Shown piece by piece: positions 6,458-13,526 of a stretch of DNA of 64,000 nt. The DNA is from Candidatus Komeilibacteria bacterium (GTDB taxonomy: Bacteria > Patescibacteriota > Patescibacteriia > UBA1558 > 2-01-FULL-52-15), in contig JAZDLR010000022.1 of the NCBI GenBank assembly GCA_043801745.1, forward strand, positions 1,960 through 65,959, given 5' to 3'. How positions within the stretch are numbered: the stretch's first letter is position 1; the number at the start of each line of letters is the position of its first letter. Below the pieces are notes generated by a model, which saw nothing but the letters and a program-made list of their open reading frames with translations, did no database searches and had not been told where the DNA came from. A program made the position numbers and the translations under genes.

Positions 6458-6510
6458 GAACCCGCGCTAGTATCATCCTCTGGATGAGAACGCGCGGGTT
6501 CATTTTTTTT
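6458..6510 (+). terminator. Long intrinsic terminator: GAACCCGCGC-tagta-TCATCC-tct-GGATGA-gaac-GCGCGGGTTC then T8
   Basis: 10-bp outer stem, 6-bp inner stem, T-run. Same architecture at 11148-11200. Confidence 0.7.
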
Positions 6511-6533
6511 ATTCAACAACGACTTGCCGACAT

Positions 6534-6857
6534 TTAGTGCGGAAAGCTAAACTCCCCGAGCAAAAACACGACAATAGTTATGAGGTAAATCAAAGCTAAA
6601 ATTTTCGCCACTGACCAGTCTTTATGTTTAATAACCGTATAGATGCCGAAAATTAATGACAGCGGACCGGATAAGGTAAAGATAATTGACAAAATATTAG
6701 CCAATACTTCTAGCCCGAAATTAGCTTCAATCACCTGCAGATTTCCCCTGATGGCCAAGGCAAAAATAAACTCGAAAATTAACGTGGCGGCCAGAGCCAG
6801 AGCGAACCAGATCGCCCACTGACCGGAACGGCTCTGGGGTTTAAAAGACAATTTCAT
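6534..6857 (-). CDS. Small hydrophobic membrane protein (about 3 TM), co-transcribed downstream of the CARDB protein
   Basis: ATG 6855-6857, 6 nt after the CARDB stop. Hydrophobic segments. Confidence 0.45.
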   Translation of the reverse strand: MKLSFKPQSRSGQWAIWFALALAATLIFEFIFALAIRGNLQVIEANFGLEVLANILSIIFTLSGPLSLIFGIYTVIKHKDWSVAKILALIYLITIVVFLLGEFSFPH

Positions 6858-6863
6858 AGTTTA

Positions 6864-9311
6864 TTACAGCTTGGGATAAACGGTGAAACGTTTAGTAGTT
6901 CTCTGAAAACAACTATTAATAAAAGATACTGACAGATTGTAGGAGGAATTTTTGACATCATATTTGTGCGTGGAAGTAAAATTATTACCACTATCTAAGG
7001 CCGGATGAGTATCTACCTGCCCCCAGGCAACGATAATAGGATCAAAGTAACGCGGCCCGGTACAGCCCGGGTAAGTACCCCAATAATCCATATGGCCACT
7101 AACTGTATAGGTTGCTAGACCGTCATTAGTCTCCGTGACTGTAATACTAGGATAACGGTCACCGGTTGGAGTTGTGGGCTCGGGCGTAACTACCGGATTC
7201 ACCGGTGTCACAGGCGGTGTAACCGGAGGCGTAACAACCGGCTCTGGTTCGGGTACGATTATGGTCGGCGGAGTAACTACTGGTACATCTACTTGCGGGA
7301 TTACGGGAATAGTAATATCGGGTACAGGATTAAGCACACCACCCGGAACATCAACACTGGGATTATTGGATCCGGTGTTATTATCGAAAATATAAGACAC
7401 TGGTGGGTGTTCTTGGATAAACTTCACTCTACCGGGTATCGGAGATGCTAAAGAATTATTATTCTCATTGCTTTCCCTAATCTGTGACTGCGGCGCATCG
7501 CCCGTGCCGTCACCCACGTCAACCGTGGCCTTAAATTTGGTGGCATATTTATAGGAATCATTATTACCGCAGAAAACGTCTTTCTGCGTATAGCGCTTAT
7601 TGCGTCCCAGCGTGCCCATAGTTTCATAACATCCGCCCAAACGCTCACCGAAAATGTTATACCAATCATAAGCCACCCGACTGTTTCTACTCGTGCCTTC
7701 CGTACCTTTATTAATAATAGTTACTTCCGGATGCAGATCGCTGCCGCGGAAATTCATGCCTTCAATTTTCAGATCCGGCGCCGGTAGGTCAATCGTTTTC
7801 GAATTATTACTTTCATTAGATTCGTGAACCAAATTTGAAGCCAGAGGTTCATTGGGATCCTCTGACATATCTAAAGTAACGCGCAGTTTGACTGCTTGTT
7901 CAGCAAATTCTGCCGGACAGGCACGGGCCACGGCTGTAGATGTACGACCCACCCCAAGAGATGCGACTCCAGCTCCGGAACCACAAGTATTGATCACACG
8001 ATTGTTGCTGTCCAGCCATTCAGAAACCAAGTTAAACCTCGGCGCTGTATCAGCTCTACCAGAGTTAATGAAATTAACATTACCAATGCGTTCGCCTCGT
8101 TCATTACGGGCCAGAGAAATTGACGTTATCCGCAAATCTGACAAAGGAATGGTCACTGTCTTAGAATTATTACTTTCATTAGACTCGTGAACTAGATTTG
8201 AAGCCAAAGGTTCATTGGGATCCTCTGACATATCTAAAGTAACGCGCAGTTTAACTGCTTGTTCGGCAAATTCAGGCGGACAGGCACGGGCCACGGCTGT
8301 AGATGTACGAGCTACGCCCAGCGGCTCCACACCAGCGCCAGAACCGCAAGTATTGATCACCCGGCCGTTACTTTCTAGCCATTCTGAAACCAAATTAAAT
8401 CTTGGTGAGGTAGAAAATCTGCCGGCATTAATGAAATTAACATTACCAATGCGTTCGCCTCGTTCATTTCGGGCCAGAACAATTGACGTTATCCGCAAAT
8501 CCGGCAAGGGAATACTGACTGTTTTCGAATTATTACTTTCATTGGACTCATGAACCAGATTTGAAGACTCCGGTTCATCCGGGTTCTCAGACCTGTCCAC
8601 AATCACCCGTAACTTAACAGCTTGTTCAGCGAATTCAGCCGGACAGGCACGGGCTACAGCAGTTGAAATCTCACCAAAACCCAAAGATTCTACTGCCGCG
8701 CCAGAACCGCAAGTATTGATCACCCGGCCGTTACTATCTAGCCATTCTGAAACCAGGTTAAAAAATGAAGGCGTAGAACCACGACCGGTGTTTACTATAA
8801 TTACATTACCAATGCGTTCACCCTGACTATTGCGAGCTAAAGTAAGTGAAGATATTTTCAAATCCGGCAAAGGAATGGTCACTGTCTTGGAATTATTACT
8901 TTCATTGGACTCGTGAACCAGATTAGTAGCCAAAGGATCATCGCTCTCATCTTTATCTATCGTCACGCGCAGTTTAACTGCCCGTTCAGCAAATTCAGGC
9001 GGACAGGCCCGAGCCACAGCTGTAGTTACCCTGGCAATACCCAAGGGTTCAACCGCGGCCCCAGAATCACAAGTATTGATCACCTGGCCGTTACTATCTA
9101 ACCACTCCGACATTAAATTAAACCTCGGACCAGTGGCGGCTCGACCGGCATTAATGATTACGACATTACCGATGCGTTCAGCTTGTGAGTTACGGGCAAT
9201 AGTAATGCTAAGAACCTGCAAATCTGGCAAATTTTCTGCTGCCGCCGGCGTCAGATTAGGCACTAATAAAAAAAATACCCAGAGCAGCGCGATTAGAAGT
9301 TTATATTTCAT
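6864..9311 (-). CDS. Secreted cell-surface protein: signal peptide, 5 tandem CARDB-like repeats (~121 aa each, ..NLVHESNESNNSKT..), Pro/Thr/Val-rich linker, C-terminal Cys-containing domain
   Basis: MKYKLLIALLWVFFLLVPNLTPAAA signal peptide. Repeats LPDL.V.SI.IARN..ERIGNV..IN.GR..T.PRFNL.SEWLDSNG.VINTCGSGA.VE.LG...T.TAVARACP.EFAE.AVKLRV. A PVVTPPVTPPVTP linker. Confidence 0.6.
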   Translation of the reverse strand: MKYKLLIALLWVFFLLVPNLTPAAAENLPDLQVLSITIARNSQAERIGNVVIINAGRAATGPRFNLMSEWLDSNGQVINTCDSGAAVEPLGIARVTTAVARACPPEFAERAVKLRVTIDKDESDDPLATNLVHESNESNNSKTVTIPLPDLKISSLTLARNSQGERIGNVIIVNTGRGSTPSFFNLVSEWLDSNGRVINTCGSGAAVESLGFGEISTAVARACPAEFAEQAVKLRVIVDRSENPDEPESSNLVHESNESNNSKTVSIPLPDLRITSIVLARNERGERIGNVNFINAGRFSTSPRFNLVSEWLESNGRVINTCGSGAGVEPLGVARTSTAVARACPPEFAEQAVKLRVTLDMSEDPNEPLASNLVHESNESNNSKTVTIPLSDLRITSISLARNERGERIGNVNFINSGRADTAPRFNLVSEWLDSNNRVINTCGSGAGVASLGVGRTSTAVARACPAEFAEQAVKLRVTLDMSEDPNEPLASNLVHESNESNNSKTIDLPAPDLKIEGMNFRGSDLHPEVTIINKGTEGTSRNSRVAYDWYNIFGERLGGCYETMGTLGRNKRYTQKDVFCGNNDSYKYATKFKATVDVGDGTGDAPQSQIRESNENNNSLASPIPGRVKFIQEHPPVSYIFDNNTGSNNPSVDVPGGVLNPVPDITIPVIPQVDVPVVTPPTIIVPEPEPVVTPPVTPPVTPVNPVVTPEPTTPTGDRYPSITVTETNDGLATYTVSGHMDYWGTYPGCTGPRYFDPIIVAWGQVDTHPALDSGNNFTSTHKYDVKNSSYNLSVSFINSCFQRTTKRFTVYPKL
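7630..9230. repeat. Intragenic tandem DNA repeat, period about 363 bp, about 4.5 copies, roughly 90% inter-copy identity
   Basis: Near-identical antisense ORFs 7852-8190 and 8215-8553 lie 363 bp apart. Repeated ESNESNNSKT-encoding units. Confidence 0.8.
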
Positions 9312-9356
9312 GCAAATATGGTTAATTAATTACGCGATAATTATAGCATAATTAAA

Positions 9357-9390
9357 ACTATCCGAAATGTCCGGATAGTTGTTTTTGAAC
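9357..9390. terminator. Palindrome AACTATCCG-aaatgtc-CGGATAGTT flanked by T-runs on both strands (bidirectional terminator-like); copy 2 of the tnpA-end palindrome
   Basis: Plus strand: stem plus GTTTTTG. Minus strand: stem plus TTTAATTAT. Lies between the 9412-9666 gene and the CARDB promoter. Confidence 0.5.
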
Positions 9391-9411
9391 AGCAGTGTCC
9401 TCCCGTGCCGG

Positions 9412-9666
9412 TTATTTAACCAACTTGTTATAAACCCAGGCAAAAAAACCAAAATGGCAGAAACCTTCAATGAAGCCCCAGATCACAGCCATAATCACTC
9501 CAAACCAACTCACCGAATAGCCATAGGCACTATAAAATTGCGCCAGCAAATCCGCAAAGGGCCTAAGACCGGGAATCCCAATTAGGGCAGCGATTGTCAC
9601 TAAGCCAAAGCACAGGGCACCATAAATGCCCGCGGCTAAGGCGAATTTGAGAGTATTAAGTTTCAT
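9412..9666 (-). CDS. Small membrane protein (2-3 TM), unknown function
   Basis: ATG 9664-9666. Hydrophobic segments. Confidence 0.4.
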   Translation of the reverse strand: MKLNTLKFALAAGIYGALCFGLVTIAALIGIPGLRPFADLLAQFYSAYGYSVSWFGVIMAVIWGFIEGFCHFGFFAWVYNKLVK

Positions 9667-9724
9667 ATCTTATGTTAGCTATTTAGATGCTAATTATAGC
9701 TTATTTTAGCGTTTATAGTTACCT

Positions 9725-9753
9725 CTTGACAAGGACATCAATATATGCTATTA
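9725..9753 (+). promoter_or_regulatory. Consensus sigma70 promoter TTGACA-17 nt-TATTAT for the G+C-rich two-gene cassette
   Basis: TTGACA 9725-9730, TATTAT 9748-9753. An about 75-nt 5'UTR ends in the SD GGAGGAG, 6 nt before the ATG. Confidence 0.6.
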
Positions 9754-9833
9754 TGATTTAATACTTAAGTCCTTTGAAATTCGGCTAATCACAGCCTTTT
9801 CAATGTTCACCATCCTACCCTACGGAGGAGTCA

Positions 9834-10766
9834 ATGAACTACGTGGAATTTGTTCGGACCAACAACGGTTTTGCCCAGGCCAAGTTGCAGAAGGCCGCTC
9901 TCGACATCGCCCAGCTGCTTGACAACAACGAGCTGCTGCCGGTGAATGGAAAGGACGGCTATACGCGCGAACGCCAGGCAAAGCTGCGCAGTCAGGTCTT
10001 CGATGACTTTTGCGTCGTCTGCTTCCGGGTCGGTGTGGCTGTCCCCGACCTCGAGCCCGCTCTCTACGAGGGCATGATCGAGGCACCCAAGAAGGAGCAG
10101 CTGGAGAAATTCACTGCTCTGAAGCGCCAAGTGTTCCAGCGCTTGCGCGGCCAGAACAGCCGCCAGGCCAAGGAAGCGCGCGCTCTGGTGCGCGCCATGT
10201 GCGTGTTGGCTAACTACCTGGAGGACAACTCCTTCAGCGGCGCCAAGCTGGACAACATGCTCGGCGTGCTGAACCAGCGCATCGTTGGACTCGGTCTGAA
10301 ACCGGTCCGCGACGACTACACCACCCGCGAGGTGCGCGTAAGGTTGGACGGGTCTGATCCCGGCAAGCCGACAACCGTCGTGGTTGTTGACGACTCCAGT
10401 GAGGAGCTCATCAAGACCGCACTGGCTCTGGCTGGCTGGCCCAACCTGCAGGTGGTTCTGTACCGGCAGCGACTTGAGGGCGAAGCCTACGGCCTCCGGG
10501 GTGAAAGAAAGACACAGGAGTTGAACCGGGCGGCGCAGGAGATCATGGCTTTTAACCCGGCAGTGATCCTAATGGACATGGGTCTTGCTGGTTTCGAGGG
10601 TACTGAGCTGGTTCGCCAGCTGCAGAGCCTGAGCAACAACATCCAGTACATTGCCAACACCGGCGGAACTCCTGATGAGCTTTACTCGGTCGGAGCGCTG
10701 GAGAACTGCGAAAAGGGACGAAACATGGCCGGCATGCGCCAGGCCATGAGAAATCTGGCTGCCTAA
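9834..10766 (+). CDS. Protein with a novel ~190-aa N-terminal domain fused to a C-terminal CheY-like receiver (REC) domain; no recognisable output domain
   Basis: C-terminus TTVVVVDDSSEELIK..AVILMDMGLAGFEGTELVRQLQ..YIANTG resembles the receiver acidic pocket and phospho-Asp region. The N-terminal 190 aa match nothing I recognise. High G+C codon usage. Confidence 0.5.
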   Translation: MNYVEFVRTNNGFAQAKLQKAALDIAQLLDNNELLPVNGKDGYTRERQAKLRSQVFDDFCVVCFRVGVAVPDLEPALYEGMIEAPKKEQLEKFTALKRQVFQRLRGQNSRQAKEARALVRAMCVLANYLEDNSFSGAKLDNMLGVLNQRIVGLGLKPVRDDYTTREVRVRLDGSDPGKPTTVVVVDDSSEELIKTALALAGWPNLQVVLYRQRLEGEAYGLRGERKTQELNRAAQEIMAFNPAVILMDMGLAGFEGTELVRQLQSLSNNIQYIANTGGTPDELYSVGALENCEKGRNMAGMRQAMRNLAA

Positions 10767-10805
10767 CCAAGGCCAGCCTCGGACTTTAGCGGAAAGGAGC
10801 TACAC

Positions 10806-11129
10806 ATGTTCTTGCTGTACGTAGTCCTCATTCTGGCGGGCTGGGGACTGGCTGGCGTGGCCGCCAACTACCTCCACGACTTTCTGCTCGGCAAAGGTAA
10901 GCCGGCAGGTTACGGCTGCTGTGAGGACTGGGACAAGGCTTGGGCTCAGTACCAGCACGACCGCGATCAGCGCGAAATTGCGCTGGTTGCACTGGGTCCG
11001 TTCGGCATTCTGCTCATTCTGGCGATCTGGCTGTTCTTCCAGATGATCAAGATCGCCTTCCAGGCCGTCTGCGCCGCCGTCGTTTTTCTGCGGCGCGTGT
11101 TCATCAAGCCGAGCCTGATGGCGCTCTAA
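10806..11129 (+). CDS. Small membrane protein (2 TM) with a Cys-pair-containing loop; second gene of the cassette
   Basis: SD AAAGGAG 7 nt upstream of the ATG. MFLLYVVLILAGWGLAGVAANYL..GPFGILLILAIWLFF hydrophobic segments. Confidence 0.45.
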   Translation: MFLLYVVLILAGWGLAGVAANYLHDFLLGKGKPAGYGCCEDWDKAWAQYQHDRDQREIALVALGPFGILLILAIWLFFQMIKIAFQAVCAAVVFLRRVFIKPSLMAL

Positions 11130-11147
11130 CACTGAGTGTCAACAACA

Positions 11148-11200
11148 GAACCCGCACTAGTATCATCCATCGGATGAGAACGTGCGGGTTCTTCTTTTTT
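11148..11200 (+). terminator. Long intrinsic terminator GAACCCGCAC-tagta-TCATCC-atc-GGATGA-gaac-GTGCGGGTTC then TTCTTTTTT
   Basis: Same design as 6458-6510, with a compensatory G:C to A:T change in the outer stem. Confidence 0.7.
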
Positions 11201-11217
11201 ACAAAAAAATATTACCC

Positions 11218-11892
11218 TTATGAACCGTAGCGCTGCAGCAGCTCTTCGCGGCTAATCGAGGCCAGAGCAGTATCACGCAGATCAATATCGTGGCTCTCAC
11301 CCTTTTCCTCGTCAGTTAACTGCCGCACAGTAAAACCCAGACGTTCCAGTAATGAACCACGACTGGCCACAATCCAGGAAATGCCAACTATATACTTGAT
11401 ATCCGGACTATTCTTAACAATAACAGCCAACTCCTTTAATCCTGACTTGATTAGATTGACCTTTTCTACTGCCGGCGTGGTCTCATTCGGCGCCACGTGT
11501 AAATATATAGTATCTCCATCAATACCGTAAGCGAGCAGCTGGTTAATGACCATAAAATCCTCGCGCTGCTGGAATTCTCTGCGCGCCACAACATCCCACC
11601 GTTTAGGATAATTTTTCTTTACAATCAGCAGAGGCTCTAGTATTTTAAAAACTGCGGCCACAAAATCATCTTTATTCTCTAAGCTCGCGCAAGTGGCAAA
11701 TTCAGCGGCCAGTTCCTCGGGCGAAATAATTAAAAGTTCGGCAAATCCTGTGAGCCGCTTTTGAATTTCCTTGATTGCTCCGGCCGCGCCTCCTTCTGAG
11801 TCATAACTGTCAGCAATTGATAATTTAACTCTTTGGGCCAGTTCTGCGTCATAGACCGGAGATTCTACTGGTTGTTCGGGCATTGATTCCAT
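11218..11892 (-). CDS. Hypothetical protein (224 aa)
   Basis: ATG start, 224-aa ORF. No recognised motifs. Confidence 0.35.
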   Translation of the reverse strand: MESMPEQPVESPVYDAELAQRVKLSIADSYDSEGGAAGAIKEIQKRLTGFAELLIISPEELAAEFATCASLENKDDFVAAVFKILEPLLIVKKNYPKRWDVVARREFQQREDFMVINQLLAYGIDGDTIYLHVAPNETTPAVEKVNLIKSGLKELAVIVKNSPDIKYIVGISWIVASRGSLLERLGFTVRQLTDEEKGESHDIDLRDTALASISREELLQRYGS

Positions 11893-11909
11893 AATAGCTA
11901 TTAAATAAC

Positions 11910-12467
11910 TTATTGAAGAAAAAATAGTTCCTTAATTTTATCAGCCTGAATCTTATCGTGACCGGCCAGTAATTTAGTATAGGCTACTTTAGCTGCTTGC
12001 TGTACCTCGGCAGACTGTATAACTTCAGGTGGAAAACTATATTTTTCCAAAATATCCTGCACCGTGTAGACGTCTTTGATATAATTTAAGGCTGATATTA
12101 AAGCCTCCAGAACAGCTTGCTGCAATTCACTGGCACTAAGCGGAAAGTCCTGTAACATTTCGTCATTAATATGATCATAACCATTAGACAAATTATAGAC
12201 AAATTGCTCGATTATAGCCTGACGGACTTCTTGGCTTTGCATAACCTCCGGCAATAGTTTACTTTTCAACCTAGCGGCTAAATCCGCTTTTCCGGCTTTA
12301 AGTTGGCTGAGTAATTCCTCCTTATAGCCTTTCTGCTCCTCAGTTAAACTGTCAGCGTCAAGTTGCTGTTCTGCACTGTCATAATCCAAGGCTTCTCCAG
12401 TTTCAACTTTCTGACTCAAAGTACTAGCTTCGTCTTGAGCTTTTTCCCAGGTATATTTTTCTATCAT
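11910..12467 (-). CDS. Hypothetical acidic protein (185 aa)
   Basis: ORF in an apparent operon with the flanking minus-strand genes. Confidence 0.35.
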   Translation of the reverse strand: MIEKYTWEKAQDEASTLSQKVETGEALDYDSAEQQLDADSLTEEQKGYKEELLSQLKAGKADLAARLKSKLLPEVMQSQEVRQAIIEQFVYNLSNGYDHINDEMLQDFPLSASELQQAVLEALISALNYIKDVYTVQDILEKYSFPPEVIQSAEVQQAAKVAYTKLLAGHDKIQADKIKELFFLQ

Positions 12468-12478
12468 TGGTCTAGCTG

Positions 12479-13105
12479 TTAGTTATTGACGTCCACAATT
12501 TCCATAGCATCATCTTTGATGTGGACATATTGATTATTCGTGAGTAGAAGTAATGGTACTTGGTTATCACGATAGACGATCTTCAATCGTTCATTCAAAT
12601 ACCTATCTTTAAAATTTTCAGAACCCCAATGAGGCAGAATAGTAAAATTCACAAAGTTATAACAGATTTGGTTTTCCAAATCAGCCGCTTCACTGGCAAA
12701 GTAATCCGGCAATTTCGGACCAGCGATTATCGAGCCAGCACTTGTTCCGATGTAGATTTTTCCTTTGTTGCGTATTAGATCCTTAATTACCGCTAAAAAT
12801 CCTGATTTTTGTGACTGCTCTAACAAATAGACAGTGTCTCCGCCACACATATAAATATAGGCAAATCCTTGGAGATCGTCGGCTAACTGTTTTTCCGCTT
12901 TCCCGGTAATAGTATAGTCAGTCACCTCGAATCCAGCTGTCACCAGCGCCTGCCGATCATTCTTAAGCCAGGTCATATCGCTCCGCTCCCATTTGGGCTC
13001 TGCGGCTGTATCAATAAAAACCAACTTATTTGACACGGGAAGATCAACTCTCTTGGCAATATCGTGGGCTACCGCATGAATTGACGAGGTAAGAAATAGT
13101 TCCAT
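12479..13105 (-). CDS. Peptidase S51 (dipeptidase E/cyanophycinase-like) family protein
   Basis: FIDTA.., CGGDTVYLL, IYIGTSAGSII (Ser nucleophile context). Confidence 0.6.
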   Translation of the reverse strand: MELFLTSSIHAVAHDIAKRVDLPVSNKLVFIDTAAEPKWERSDMTWLKNDRQALVTAGFEVTDYTITGKAEKQLADDLQGFAYIYMCGGDTVYLLEQSQKSGFLAVIKDLIRNKGKIYIGTSAGSIIAGPKLPDYFASEAADLENQICYNFVNFTILPHWGSENFKDRYLNERLKIVYRDNQVPLLLLTNNQYVHIKDDAMEIVDVNN

Positions 13106-13299
13106 ATTAGTAGCAGGTTAATTTAGGCATTAATAATTTCCTCCAGACTTTCTCGCATCATCGCCGGATGGTCGTTTTTATTTTCACTCGTCAGGTACAG
13201 GACATGAACAAATCGCCTACTATTCAGGGCAAGCTTATACTAAGTACTTTAGCACGGGCTTGCCATGAACCGGAGCGAACGCAGTGAGCGACTGGTTCA

Positions 13300-13373
13300 T
13301 GGCTCGGGGACATGGATTCGAACCATGATTGACGGCTCCAAAGGCCGCTGTCCTACCATTAGACGATCCCCGA
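13300..13373 (-). tRNA. tRNA-Gln (anticodon UUG) with genomically encoded CCA
   Basis: Hand fold: acceptor TCGGGGA/TCCCCGA, D-arm GTCTAATGGTAGGAC, anticodon stem GCGGC/GCCGT with loop CTTTGGA, T-arm CATGG-TTCGAAT-CCATG, discriminator G, CCA. Confidence 0.75.
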
Positions 13374-13526
13374 ATAGAATTCTAGAGATCAGCCGCGCCG
13401 AATCCGCCGGCTGGCGGAGTAGGCGGGCGATCCCCGAATAATTTATGACGTAGCAACTATAATATTTTATTAGCTAATTGTCAAAAATAGACGCCGCACC
13501 AGTCTTATGCTTTAATTATACTAATT

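Noticed and set aside
7852-8553. Two near-identical 112-aa plus-strand ORFs (7852-8190 and 8215-8553), and further plus-strand ORFs at 7174-7395, 7896-8123, 8913-9101, 9076-9351
   Set aside because: They lie antisense within the tandem-repeat region of the 815-aa CARDB gene. Their similarity simply mirrors the 363-bp DNA repeat. Low-complexity translations.
9820-10213. ORFs 9820-10086 (-), 9831-10130 (-), 10010-10213 (+), 10552-10770 (-), 10800-11132 (-), 10940-11230 (+)
   Set aside because: Overlapping or antisense frames within the G+C-rich cassette 2 CDSs; Arg/Pro-rich low-complexity products typical of high-GC artefacts.
13140-13180. Hammerhead-ribozyme-like CTGACGAG..GAAA string downstream of tRNA-Gln
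   Set aside because: Only a partial core match. No flanking stems I/II/III could be formed from the surrounding sequence.
13373-13445. Second tRNA upstream of tRNA-Gln
   Set aside because: Only the first 12 nt of the tRNA are duplicated. No T-arm (GTTCGAAT) or cloverleaf could be built.
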